Positions 50,001 through 62,632 of a stretch of DNA of 64,000 nucleotides are shown here, piece after piece. This DNA comes from Tricharina praecox (Eukaryota). The notes below the pieces were generated by a model. That model had not been told where the DNA came from. It searched no databases and saw only the letters and a program-made list of their open reading frames with translations. The stretch is from NCBI RefSeq assembly GCF_024521635.1, contig NW_026250403.1:186001-250000 (forward strand). The letters run 5' to 3'. The translations under genes and the position numbers were made by a program. The stretch's first letter is position 1, and each line of letters starts with the position of its first letter.

Positions 50001-53000
50001 GCAGCAAATTGTACGGGTGCTGTCGCCATCCTGCAATAGCAGAATCAACTCATATCACGCTACCACCTGCTATATTGCCGGAGCTCTCAGGGCATTGGCT
50101 GGATTTCCTGCAATGTGCTCATGAGGCCGAAGATGCTCTCGCGGTCGATGCATTTCATCGAGACGATCTCGACGTCAGAGTCGATTCTGATCCGCGTGCG
50201 TGCCTCATGTGCAACACATTGCAGCTTGTTGCGTATCCCCCCTCTTCCGATATCGAGTGAAGTCCACTACGATAGGTAGAATGCACGCATCGGGTGGGCG
50301 GGGAGGGGGAGGGCGAAGGCCCAGACTAGGGACGGAGGATCCAGCAATATCCCCATGATATAGTAGAGTCCCCTCTGACATCGTAGGATCGAAGGCCACC
50401 ACTGGCCCATCGATATCCCCCGACTATTGATGCTGCAGCCAGCATCGGGAGGTTGGGACAGCTATCAATAAATTAGAACGCTATGACCCGATATGAAGCA
50501 GTGATCCACTCGCTGAGCAGAAGAAGCAAATTAATCAACGGGATCTTTCGTATGCCGGCCTGCTCTGCTGCCCACAGGCTACAATATAGCACTGGTTGTC
50601 ACTCGATTAGTTTGGGTGGCCGTCTTGACTCTCGAGGGATCGTCGAATGGGTGTCTGTGTCTCAGCTGTGTAGCGAATACATGTCGGGTATTCAGGCGTG
50701 AAGGACAGCTCTGGATGCAGCTTCTTCTGCTGGTGGTGGAGCTGCTTGTTCTGCTGTGTTCCTGGCGGACAGGATGGCTTTGCCAAAGGAGTGGCATGGT
50801 CACTATCACCGTACGGTACCGGTATGTACCCGTACGAAGTCGAAAAGTCTCATCTCCAACGGGGCCTGGGATCCCCCGCAGGTGAGTGACTCAGGTCAGC
50901 TCGGTGATCCAGGCCATGAGCTGTGACGCTCTCGACATTTGGGAAAGTCCAAGCCCCAGGTCCACTCATGCACCAGCCCCCCCTCTCCTCTTCGAGATCA
51001 TCCCCACCAGTTCAGTTATGTTCGGTTGTTGCCGTCATATGTCGAGACCCCGCTTTCAGATGATGGTTGTCTCACTTCGAAACCTCCGGTACTTATGCTG
51101 GCCCCGCCAATGTTTCAAAGGAAGATGGCCCATAAGCAACGCGTCGATGGGATCTCGACTCTCGACTCTCGGGTAGCTGAGGGGGTGGGCAGGAGGGGTC
51201 TCTTTCCACTCCCCATCCCCCCCCCCCCCCCCCCCCCCCCGAGGCCACCAGGAATTTACTCACTGCTCAGTCACCTATCCTCTAGGACCTCTACTATAGT
51301 TAATACTATAGCTCGTGCTGCGCCGGGCCTGCATATATGCACGGAACAGCACAGGCTCGCTGGACTCCATAGTTGCCAGACCGCACTGTCTGCCTGCCTT
51401 ACGGTTTCCCCTCTTGGGGGGTTAACTACCGGTAGACAATTATTCGCCCGCCCTGCTACACGCTTTGCCCTCCCCTTGCCCACGCCGCGTCGGTTCGACA
51501 TCATGACAACCTTCTCCGCATCACGTATAGGTAGCACTAGAGTAACTACCTCGAGTAATGTATACCGTGCGAGACTTGCGAGCAGGACTGACTTGGATGT
51601 TGAGCCTTCGTTCATCATACACGAATCTCGCATCATCACCATCATCATCAACATTATCATCATAATCCCTTGCACTATTGCACATCACCATCTCATCTCG
51701 ACGGACTTCAAATCCGTCCGAGCCGCAGTCCTACTCCTCTTGCCGTCCGCCGACATCGCGGACGCCCCGTCCGGGACCCCAAACCGAGATAGCGGGAAGC
51801 TGCGAGTCTTAAGTCTGGAGTCTTTGTTCCAGAGTAATCTCTGTAAGGCTACTCAGAACCCTAACGAGTAACTAAACCCCACCCCAGCCCAACCCCACAC
51901 CAACGATGATGGTGAGAGAGGGTCATCATTTGCAATTACGACAAAGCCCTAGTTAGCTCGGAATCGAACCCAACTATAGTAACTAGAGGAGTGCAACAAG
52001 GACTTCCGAAAAACAAAATCATCAGCAGGAAGAACATGAAAGAAAAAAAAAGAAGAGGAAAAAAAGGAACAAAGCGCTGGTGGACTACAGAGTAGTATTC
52101 TCGGGATAGTCATGCTGCGAGAGGGAACAACCCCGGGGCCTTGGTAACCGGTAGGGGACAGTGGCTGGCACACCAGGAAAACGCCTCGATTTTTGAGGCG
52201 GAAAGTTCGCCTCATTTTGCCTGCGTTCATAGCTGCAGATCGGATCCATCAACGTCCCACATGCCCAACCAGCCAGCCAGTTAGCTTGCCAGTTAGCTTG
52301 CCAGTTAGCTAGCTAGGTAGCCAGCCATCATCAAATCCAGTCAACATCGCAGCCAGCCATCATCATCATAGCCAGCCATACGTACGTGCACTCCACCCGC
52401 TGGTGCACATGTGCATGGGCACACCTTTGGCTAGGGAACTAGCACTCAACCCCGCCACCACCACCGAAAGATGCGTGATCAGGTGGCGCCTGCCTGACCT
52501 CCCATGTCTGTCATCCTGCGCGCATGGACCAGCTCCGCTGAGTCGACCGACCATATGTATGTACTCTACCTACATATCGGCATCTAGAGTTCTCGCACAT
52601 ATGCGTTGCGCATTCTCGGGACAGCCGAAGGTGGTGCTAATAATCGAGAAACACCTCTGCGACAACTCGATTGGCTGCGGGCTGGAATTCCTTTGAGTCG
52701 ACTGCGCTGAGACTGGTCGTGGGAGTCCCGCTGCTGCTCGCTGCCCGTGCGCGCGCACGAGCCCACTCGACTCCGGCCGGCCAGCTGCGCTCAATCCATT
52801 CCATGTGAGAGAGAGAACATCCGAATCTCCGAAGAATAATTTCCAGATGGGATGAACCGGGAATCCCGTCGAGACAGTCCAGCCCAGCCAGGTGGTGATG
52901 GTGGTGGTGGTGGGAAAAACTGAAGAAACGCGTAATCGGTCGGGTTTCTGGACGTCACCCCCGAGGGGCCCATCACCGGCGCGTCAGCTACGTTCGAAAT

Positions 53001-53341
53001 CCCGTGACGAGCTGCGCGCGCGCGGCTACGGCGTACAATGTTCGATCCGCGTCTCGCTTAGCTAGGTAACCTGCACCTGCCTTGCATCCAAGCGAAGCGA
53101 AAAAAGAACCAAGAACCGTCGCCCAGCTGGAGCCTGGTCTGGCCAGTGGTCAATCATGGTCAACCGTCAGTGGTTGGCGCAGAGGCTGCGTACCGTATCT
53201 ACTCTAAAACAATCGTATCTAACTCTAGCGCGTCATCCCTCTCCACCCTTCCGAATTCACGAAGCACGCGTCCGATCCTTCACTCACCACCCAAAACCCA
53301 CAGACATCCATCACTTCCTCCTCCAACCACCACAGCGAATC

Positions 53342-54880
53342 ATGCCGCCAAAACGACAGCGCAAATCCGCGACGGACGAGCTTCCTGCCGTAACGAAGCG
53401 GGCCACCCGTTCGTCCACGCGATCCGCAGCACGAACGGCAGAATCCACTCCTATTCCTGTCGTCCACAGTCAGACCGAGGTGCGAGCTCCCAGTGCGGTC
53501 GCGCGCGACAAAATAAACTCGATCCTCAGACGAAAGTGGTAGCAGGGAGTGTCGGAGAAACAAGAAAAGACGGCGGCCAAGGCGAAACAGGCGGCGGAGA
53601 GGAAGAAGAAGAAGGAGGAGGAGGAGAGAAAGGAGTCGCCGGTCATCGAAGCAAACGATCAGGCTGAGGCCAAGGTCTCCCCGGCGAGATACTGGCTGAT
53701 GAAAGCGGAACCGGAGACGCGCATCGAGAAGGGAAAAGACGTCAAATTCTCCATCGATGATCTCGCGGCGTGCGACGAGCCACAAGGGTGGGACGGAGGT
53801 GAGCAAAAAAGAAAACACCCAATTCGGGGTTCTCTCCACTTTTTCTTTTTTTTCTTCTTTCTTTTCTTTCTTTCCTCCCGGGGAAGGCAATATCGAGCCC
53901 AAAACTATTTCTACGCACACCGCCGCCCGGCACTTGTTTCTGTTTGGGATTCCCTGAGATTTGGCTGACGGATTCGCACCTTCTGCATGTGCGTGTGTTG
54001 CAGTCCGTAACTATGGCGCCCGGTACTTATTTCACCGCCCCCAAAACCGAACCCGAACCCGAGGATCCGGGCAGCCGAGATTGACATGGTCTGTAGGAAC
54101 AACCTCAAGTCGATGACGGAAGGAGACCTCGCTTTTTTCTACCATAGGTACGTGTGTGGTGGTGGTTGTGTTGTTGGAGGTCGTGGTAAAGGTGATGGTT
54201 GTGGTTGTGGTTGTGGTAGCGGAGATGGCAGTGGTGACAGTGGCAGTGGAGGTGGTGATTGTGTGTGTGCAGGTGCCGACCATCTTCTACCTTTTTCCTA
54301 TTCTGGTAATGGGGTTGAGAGCACTGCGCAAACAATCACCTCAAACACCTTCCTGTTTCTCGCCCCCTTGCAGTAGCATGTCCGCCGAAGCGGGAGCCGC
54401 AAAATAAAACTCTATCTTTACTTTTGTTTTTATTCTTATTCTTAGTTTTATTTCCCCCCCTTTCCGTTCCGCTAAGTTAGCAGAAAACCAAAAACTGACG
54501 TCTTTCTTCGCGTGTGCTCTTGCTCTAGCAACTGCAAGGTCCCGGGAATAGTGGGCGTGATGCGCGTCGCCCGCCCGGCATCGGTCGACGAAACGGCGTT
54601 CGATCCCAACGAGCCGTACTACGACTCAAAGTCCCGCCGGGAAGCCCCAAAGTGGTACTTGGTCCACGTCGAGTTCGTGCGCAAGTTCAAGCGCATCATT
54701 CCGCTGCGCGAGCTCTGGACCCATGCGGACGGTCCGTTGAAGACGATGCCGCTGCTGAAGCAGGGAAGACTTAGCGTCTCCAACGTGCCCGAGGAGTGTT
54801 GGCGGTTTATTTTGAGTCTTGGGGAGCCGGCGGAGAAGGAGGATGGAGAGCAGGCGGAGGAGGAGGAGGACCGGCTTTAG
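53342..54880 (+). CDS. EVE-domain protein (thymocyte nuclear protein 1 / Thy28-like), 5 exons including a 19-nt microexon
   Basis: Motifs [16 protein letters not shown], spliced [42 protein letters not shown] and RLSVS. Confidence 0.92.
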
Positions 54881-55298
54881 GATCGGCATCGGCTGGCTGG
54901 CTGGCTGGCTGGCTGGTTGGACGTATGTATCTACTAGGTACCGATGTGTACGCTACGTGCAGAACGTGCGTAAGTACCATACTTGGTTACAGCACAGTCC
55001 ATCCTGCGAACGATGCCGTGGTCCAGGTTAATACGCACGTAATTCGGGAGGCTGGGTTCGCATGGGGTGCAGTGCACGATGATGATGACGATGGGTTGCT
55101 TTGCTTTGTCTCTTTATCTATCCACATGTACAGTACACTACATAGTACATATGCGAACACCGATATGATATGATACCGAGCATCAGTAGACTACATACAC
55201 TACTCTACTATACATGCGCGCAGTAGTACCGGTATACCTAGTACAGTGGATAGCTGCAGGACCGGTTACTCCCGTGACTCGTCGACCCATAAGCTTAA

Positions 55299-55300
<2 letters not shown>

Positions 55301-55348
<48 letters not shown>
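55301..55348. repeat. (CAT)16 microsatellite
   Basis: Perfect run in intergenic DNA. Confidence 0.95.
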
Positions 55349-55349
<1 letters not shown>

Positions 55350-56168
55350 GTCAGCAGCAGCACCAGCGGCAGCAGCATCGTCAGAGTCGGAGTCACAGTC
55401 GTCGTCCTCATCCAGCCATCGCATCGCATCGCATTGCACCCATCGCATTGATAATGATGAGCTGTCACCATGCACCAGCCCCTCCGTGTATGTATTTCTG
55501 TACGGATGTCTGTATGTAGAGTCTGTAGAGTCTGTATGTAGGATACCTCACCGTGCCGCCGTCGGTCTGTCTGGCCGCCCGCCCCCGCCAGCCCGCCCGC
55601 GCACCCGCCGTCAATAATGCTTTCTTTTCTTTTTTTCCTTCTTTCGCGGAAGTACTTGGTAATTGTGGATTTTAGATTGTAGGTTTGGGAGGGAGATGAA
55701 ATTTCCATCCTTTTTTTTTTCTTACTATTCTCTTTATTTTTGGTTAGTTTATTAGAATTATCTTTTTCTACGTAGTGGTAGGAAGTACCGAGTACGGTAC
55801 TCACGGTTCATGCGGTTCAGGGAGTTCATCCGGTCTGCGGCTGTCCCCGTCCCGAGAGTACTCCGACTCCCCACAACCAACCGACAAAACCGACCGACCG
55901 ACCGAATGACCGACCGACATGTCGGATGGCGAACTGATGGCGAACTGATGTCGAACGTGTGTAGGAGACTAGCATAGGTTGGGCACTCGTACTCTACACT
56001 ACACTACACTACTCCACACTACAATACCCTACTATTTACAACACCACACTACGCATATACGGTAGAGTACCAGTATTCGACTATCGACAACATACGTGCT
56101 GCCCGTTCAGACAAATACCGTCCGCAGTGCCATGATCCATCGCAATGGGGGCGGGGGCGGGGGGCGAG

Positions 56169-56240
56169 CAGGCGTATGTAGCACATCACACATATTCCAC
56201 TCTACAGGCGTATGTAGCACATCACACATATTCCACTCTA
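56169..56240. repeat. Perfect 36-bp tandem duplication
   Basis: CAGGCGTATGTAGCACATCACACATATTCCACTCTA occurs twice in tandem. Confidence 0.95.
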
Positions 56241-57204
56241 ACATGGGTAATAGTTATACCGGTATAACCTGCCAACTTGACTTGGGTACGGTAAAAGCAT
56301 GTGGATGTGTACTGCCGGATTTCCAGCGTTAGATGGATGTTCCGGAGTAGTAGGTAGTATATACATACCTAGTATGATATGGTAGATGGTTGATGCCATC
56401 TACCGTCCTTCCGCCCCCAAAAGACAGTAAATAATGGTATGTAATAACAATCCCATAGGCACGTTCTTCTTACCATGTATAGATATAGATGATTTACTTA
56501 TCCCGTGATAGCACAGCCCACCACGACCACGACCACCACGACCACGACCACCACCCATACTCTACCTACTAACTATGTTTATTTCTTTTCCGGCTCCTCC
56601 TTCCCTCGCAGAGTCGCCCTCCGTCCCCTCCCAGCAATGAGCATCCATCCATCCAGCCAATCGTTCCCAGTGCCATTCCAGTCCAGTCCAAAAAAAGAAA
56701 GAAAACAAGCAAGCAAGCCACGGTTTCATCCCACATCCCACAGCCCGAGTACCCGGGTGATAAAATCTCTGACTGGAGATGGGATGGGAGGGATGGGAGG
56801 GAAGCTGGGGAGGAGAGCTGGTCAGTGGTATGATATGATATGTAAAAGATATTCCCCCATGGTTAAAGTAGGACCTACGTGACTACGTCCCGTAAGATGT
56901 ATGTGCTTGGTATCCTTACACCTTACGTTATACCTATACCTATGCCATATGTCGTATGCCATACCTACACTATCCATACCGTCCGTGAACCGTACCATAC
57001 CATACCATCCGATACACACACGGTGCCATACACATCTACATGCCTATGTAGGTAGTTTAAGTTCGAACCCGGGGGATGGGGATGGGTGTATGGGTATTAT
57101 GTAGTACTCTAGTGAATGTGTATGGATGTGCGTGAATGTGTGTGTGAGAGCGGTGGGTAAAACCAATCCCCCCAAACCCGAAGAAAAAGCAAATACAGCA
57201 AATA

Positions 57205-57206
<2 letters not shown>

Positions 57207-57243
<37 letters not shown>
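57207..57243. repeat. Poly(C) homopolymer, 37 nt
   Basis: Read directly from the sequence. Confidence 0.95.
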
Positions 57244-58733
57244 ACCACCAATGTGGCTATAAAACCAAGCCCTCGGTTTGGAGCGAGCGAGCAAGCAAGC
57301 AGGGTGTACAAACTCTAGGTGTGGGTGTGGGTGCAGTGGATGCGGACACGAAAGCGAAACACGACGCCCGTCGCCTGTCGCCCGTGGCCCGTCGCACGCT
57401 GCTCGTCGCATGCAGCACGCGGATAACCTACCGTACTCTACTCTATATGCTCTACCGTATGTATGTGTGTATGCATGTATGTGCTACGTGAGGGAATGGT
57501 GGGGTGCATACTTGCTTAACTACCGGAACTGTGCTCTAGTTACTCTACATACACGGCGTACACGGCGTCCTCTACGGTATCCGGAGGGCGATGTCGCCGT
57601 TCGATAGATGGATGGATGGATGTTAGAAGTGCTCGAAGAGTAGGCACATACTCTAAACGGACCGGAAGAAAGAACAAAAAACCAAAAGGATTCGATCCCC
57701 GGAGCCCTTTAGGCTTGCAAGTTGCAACCTCGATCGAACGGAGTGTACTAGTATGTAGAGTCTGTAGCAAAGTAGATACTCTTGATGTCTCTACTACCTA
57801 TGATAGTTGATATGTAGCCACTCGCCGATCCAAGAGTGCCTCGCACTCGCACCACTAGCCACACCACACCAGCGCCCCGAGCGCGTGGTTCTGGTTCTGG
57901 TCCTGGCCCTCGGACAGCCGTGGATTGGCGAGAAGAAGTCATATCTACTCTGTGCCCCCCCCCCCTCCCTTCCGATCGTCCTACCTACAAACTGCAATGA
58001 AACAAATGAGAAAAGGAGAATAAAAGAAAAGAAAATAACAACGAAAATAAAAATAAAACTCAAACGCCTCTCCGTATGATAGCTGAAGACAGGACAGGGC
58101 AGGACAGGACCAAATAGATAAATGACAATGCCGGTAAATGCACCACCACAAAGCAACTATGCTGTATCAACAACGTGCCGAAGAGAGACAAAAAAGAAAG
58201 AAAGGAGGAAACAAATATGCCGAGAAAGCCACGATGAGAGCAGAGATGCGTAGGTAGACAGCCAGACATGGACCAAACAAAGGGAAAGAAAAAAAAAGCA
58301 GCCAATTTGATCCCCCTACCTACCCCCCCCCCCCCCCCCCCCTCCCACCCCCGTGCAAAACCCCCCAAAATCACAGTACAGACATCCATCCAGCAAAAAG
58401 AAAAATCAAAATGCCCCCCTTCCCCCCTCCTTTCCCAATTGCGATAGATCCCCCTCCCAAAACGCGCGAGTATTGCTACATGCCCCCATCTAAGAGCCGG
58501 AAAACGACAAACATTGTAAAACGAAATACACCTCCCCCCCTCCCCACCTCCCAACATACAATGAACCCACGCCAGATCCAAAAAAAAATGTGGACAAAAG
58601 AGATGTGACAAAGGAAATGGAAATGAGTGAAGTGGCCGGCTGAAAATAAGGCACACGTACACCGTGACAATATAGACGTATAGCGTACAAGACAAAGGGA
58701 ATTGGGTATCGATATTAACATTGTTAATGGGCT

Positions 58734-60551
58734 TTATAGGCCCCGCCCTCTCACGCCACGTCCGCGCCCACGTCCTCTGCGGGCTGGAGCCTGCGGCTCA
58801 AGTTGTGGTGGTGGTGGCGGTGGTGGTGGCGGTAGCGGTGGTGGCTGCTGCAGCTGTCCAGGCAGATGGGATGGAAGCTGTTGGTAGTGTTGCTGTGGTT
58901 GCGGTTGAGGAAGCTGGTGTTGTTGTTGCTGTGGTTGCTGCTGCTGTTGCTGTTGTGGCTGCTGCTGATGTTGGTGTGGTTGTTGATGCTGCTGGTGCTC
59001 CTGCTGAGCATGTTGCTGGAGTTGTTGCGGCTGCGGTTGTTGATGCTGCATCTCCGGCAGTGTTCCGCTAAAGTTTCCGGTCCGTGGACTCTGTGGGCGT
59101 ATTTGCCCGTTCCCCCCGATTCCTGGCAGTCCCTGAGCCCCGAGTGCCTGATTTGCTATGGCCGGAAGACCCATCCCCCCTCCACCGTTTCCTCCTCCGC
59201 CTCCCGATCCCGATCCCCCCACCCCTCCTCCGACATCTCCGCGTGCTTGACCTTCCGCTTCTTCCTGTCCAGCCAGGTCTCTCCGCTCCATCGCGTCGAA
59301 TAGCCCCGGTGGTAGTGGCGGTAGCTGTCCCCTGTTTTGCTGTGCATGCACGATGATGCCACGCAGGTAATCCCGTTGATTGCGGTAGAAATCCCGCTCC
59401 TCCTCCATCTTTTTGAGGTTGTGTTCGAGCTCTTCCATGCGTCGTGTGTTCTCAATCTCCTTCTCCTTCTTCCTTTTCCGAAACCTCGAAGACGCGCTGG
59501 CGTTCTTCTTCCTCTTTTCGTGCTGAGCCAGCGAGCCTGAGGTGGTGTCGTACGGCGCGATGATGGGACCGTCGGGAGTGTTGAGCGTTACCTGACCGCT
59601 GCCGTGGTGCGAACCCAACGGTATGGCGTAGAGCGAGCCATGTTGGTCTTGGATCGCGGGTTGGTATCCACCGACAAACGAGGATGCGTGATTATACGGT
59701 GAATACGCAGTCGTATAGGCCGAGAAGGACCGTGGACTGGCATCTGCCGAAGAGTGTGGGGTTCCGATCCCATATCCGGGAGCATGCGTATACGCGTCAC
59801 CTCCCGAAAACGGCTGGTTATGAGCAGGCGCCGTTTGCTGTTGGTTCGGCTGCTGCTGTTGGAGGTGGTGATGTGTAGGCGGAGGGGGAGCGGGTGGCAG
59901 ATGTGGAGGCTGGAGAGATGCAGGTGGAGTGCTCGGCGCGCCCAAACGGCTCGCGGGGTGAAACGATGGTGAACCCCGCGGCGGAGACATGAGCGGGAAA
60001 GGGTGATCCTGCGCACTAAGAACGCCTGTCATACTGTTCCTTCCGGCATGTCTCCGCATCTGACCGGGACCGGGCAACTGAGCGGTGGGAGTCCGTCTGC
60101 TGCTGGGGCCCACCTCGATCGGTGACGGCGGCCGTGACTGCAGAACGGACCCGAGCCGGCCTAGGGCCTGGGGCGATTGAGGCGAGTTGATATTCGCCAG
60201 GCTCGGGCGGCGGGAAGCATCATAAGGAGATACGCGTGGCCTTTGGTGCTGCTGCTGCTGCCGCCGCAGCTGCGGAGGCGGGGAATTGAGGATTGCGCTG
60301 ACATCGAGCGCTCCACCTCGCGGTCTGGCAACGGGGCTCCCTACCACGGCCGAAGGCCCGGATGCTTCCGAGGTTTGTGATGTAAAAGATGTGCTAGTTG
60401 ACGATACGGCGGTGCTGGCCGTAGTTGTGGGTGGATGTTCGTGATATGTCTGCTGCTGCTGCTGTTGCTGCGGTCGTTGGAGTCGCTGTTCCGAGTCATG
60501 ATCGCGCGGAGGTGATTTCGAATCCCGTGCAGCAGATATATTCTGCGACAT
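58734..60551 (-). CDS. bZIP transcription factor with Q/P/G-rich low-complexity regions
   Basis: Basic region EKRKKNASASSRFRKRKKEKE is followed by the zipper MEELEHNLKKMEEERDFYRNQRDYLR. First in-frame ATG at 60551; poly-Q and an RG-rich tail. Confidence 0.9.
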   Translation of the reverse strand: MSQNISAARDSKSPPRDHDSEQRLQRPQQQQQQQTYHEHPPTTTASTAVSSTSTSFTSQTSEASGPSAVVGSPVARPRGGALDVSAILNSPPPQLRRQQQQHQRPRVSPYDASRRPSLANINSPQSPQALGRLGSVLQSRPPSPIEVGPSSRRTPTAQLPGPGQMRRHAGRNSMTGVLSAQDHPFPLMSPPRGSPSFHPASRLGAPSTPPASLQPPHLPPAPPPPTHHHLQQQQPNQQQTAPAHNQPFSGGDAYTHAPGYGIGTPHSSADASPRSFSAYTTAYSPYNHASSFVGGYQPAIQDQHGSLYAIPLGSHHGSGQVTLNTPDGPIIAPYDTTSGSLAQHEKRKKNASASSRFRKRKKEKEIENTRRMEELEHNLKKMEEERDFYRNQRDYLRGIIVHAQQNRGQLPPLPPGLFDAMERRDLAGQEEAEGQARGDVGGGVGGSGSGGGGGNGGGGMGLPAIANQALGAQGLPGIGGNGQIRPQSPRTGNFSGTLPEMQHQQPQPQQLQQHAQQEHQQHQQPHQHQQQPQQQQQQQPQQQQHQLPQPQPQQHYQQLPSHLPGQLQQPPPLPPPPPPPPPQLEPQAPARRGRGRGRGVRGRGL

Positions 60552-62561
60552 GGAGGAGCCCCGTACCCGAAGAACAGCACATCGACCCTCTTCCTCCCGA
60601 CGCCCGAAGTATGATGGCGTGGGAAGCAGAGGCGGATGCACCTCCACAGTTATGCAAGCCAATGTGAGGTATTTGCAGATATTTGCAACGGGGTGTGCAA
60701 CGGGACCAATGAGATGACGGTCGTAACCGGAGTCCGCCAGAAAGAGCAACTCGCAGGAAAAAATCGTAAGCAAGACTGGCAGCAGCAGCAGCAGCAGCAG
60801 CAGATATTGTTATATGCAATTGCAAGGACCGGGCGGATGTGGATGGGTGTGTGTGTTGCAGCAAATCTCAGAGGGAAGTATTGACAGGCACTCTTGAAGT
60901 ATTACCCGCAATCCGAGGAGAGCCCGTAAAGCATTGCATTCATGAAAGGGATATACGTCCTTGATGACTGGGGGTGGGTTGGGTTGGGTGGGGTGGGGTA
61001 TGTGTGTGTGAGTGTGTGTGAGGGATGGTAAGTAAGTAAGTGAGTAAGTAGGCAGGAGGACGAGTAGGTAGTTAGATGAGCACTCAGCGGTTGAAGAAGT
61101 GATGGTGGTGGTGTGTGGTGGGGGGGGGGGTGGGTGTGAGTGGAGGGGGGGTGGGGAGGCGGGCAGTTAAGACAGAGGTATGTGCGGCGGGTTGGGGGTT
61201 ATTGGCAGGCCCGGGGGGGATGAAAGGTGAAGGTGGTGGAGGTGGAGGTGGTGGAAGCAGAGAGCCCAGTATCGATACGACTGGGAGGAGAGAAAGTCCA
61301 GTCTTACTGACTAGCTCAGGTATGATTGTGACTATGGTGGACTTCGGGAGTCGGGGGGAGGGGGGGAGGGATGTTTGGTTGGTTGGTCGCGGGAGGTCGG
61401 AGGTTGCTGGTGGTGGTGGTGGTGGTGGTGTTGATGTCAAAAAAACAGTAGACCCACTAGTGAGAGTCAACTGTGCGGTTTTGCTCTATTTAGTGGCTCG
61501 CTGAGACTGAGAGCTGTGTCTCCGATGAGCATGAGCGAGACGCGAGATGGGAAGAGTCAAAGTGGATGGTGGTCGGGTCCCAATTACCTCTTGAAAAGAC
61601 ATAGGTAGAGTAGTAGTTACCTGCCTACCGACTCACTTAACTTACCCATTCAACTACCTAGCCAGTTGTGGCTCCGCTTGGGAACAAGCAAGGATCGTCC
61701 ATTGCCCACACCCCCCAAAGAAATAGCGGTAACTACCCGATAGTGCTCTGCCTGGCTTTGTCGTCGTTTAGTGCTCTGGTACGGTTAACGTGCGACCAGA
61801 GAGCGCCCCCGGGTTGTGGATCCAATGGGAATTTGGGGGCTATTACTTTCTCAACGGGGGTTGGCGTGACAAAGCTCTGGTACGGCGGCGGTGGTGGACG
61901 AAACTATCACAAGAGCGTAAATAAGTGAGTACCCTAGACCCGTTGTTAAGGTATCCCTCCGGTTCTGCGCGCGTCCGTTTAACTACTAGGGGCACTTAGT
62001 CAATTAAGTACTTGGTAGTAACTGGTAGGTAGGGAGTAGGATAGTCGTCAGGAAACAGGTAGGTAGGGACCACTCTGCAGGAACGTTGTTCGGGCCCAGG
62101 TTCGCCTACGACGGCGGCGGCACTGGAGCGGTGCGGACCGAGTGGAGATGAGTGGCAGTCGGTCACTCATTCGCTTATTCGCTCGCTCACTCACCCGTTC
62201 AGTCACACACACATCCATTCACTCACTCAATCACCACTCACTCGCTCATTCAATCATCCATTCACTCGCTCACTCGCTCAATCACACATCCAATCACCCA
62301 ATCACCCATTCAATCACCCATTCAATCACTCCCATCTGCTTGGACATCTGCTTGGACATCTGCTTACATATCTGCTAGGACACGGTCTGGACACAACCTG
62401 GACATCTCCTCCTCCTGCTCATCCCGCATTTTCGATCCTCCTCTCAGTAACCCTTCCTCGACACCGCACGCCGCCCGCCCCTCCTCCCTACGGTCGAAAG
62501 AGCACATGGAGAAGAAGTAGAAGAAGCGCTTCGGCAGAGCCTACCTACCTGCCTACATATG

Positions 62562-62632
62562 ACCTGCCCGCCTGCCCGCCTGCCCGCCTGCCCGCCTGCC
62601 CGCCTGCCCGCCTACCCGCCTGCCCGCCTGCC
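62562..62632. repeat. (CCTGCCCG)n octamer tandem repeat upstream of the bZIP gene
   Basis: About 8-9 near-perfect units. Confidence 0.9.

Noticed and set aside
50939-51871. 310-codon ORF in the gene desert
   Set aside because: Non-ATG start, runs through poly-C and CAT repeats, and has no recognisable domain.
53540-53542. In-frame TAG between two co-frame ORFs of the EVE gene, suggesting stop-codon readthrough
   Set aside because: More simply explained by a 63/66-nt GT-AG intron starting at 53480.
55214-55804. Poly-His, poly-Ser, poly-Asp and poly-Met ORFs
   Set aside because: They are translations of the (CAT)n microsatellite, not credible genes.
57055-57710. B-box-like words (GTTCGAACCC, GATTCGATCCC) suggesting tRNA or SINE
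   Set aside because: No A-box or cloverleaf pairing could be built around them.
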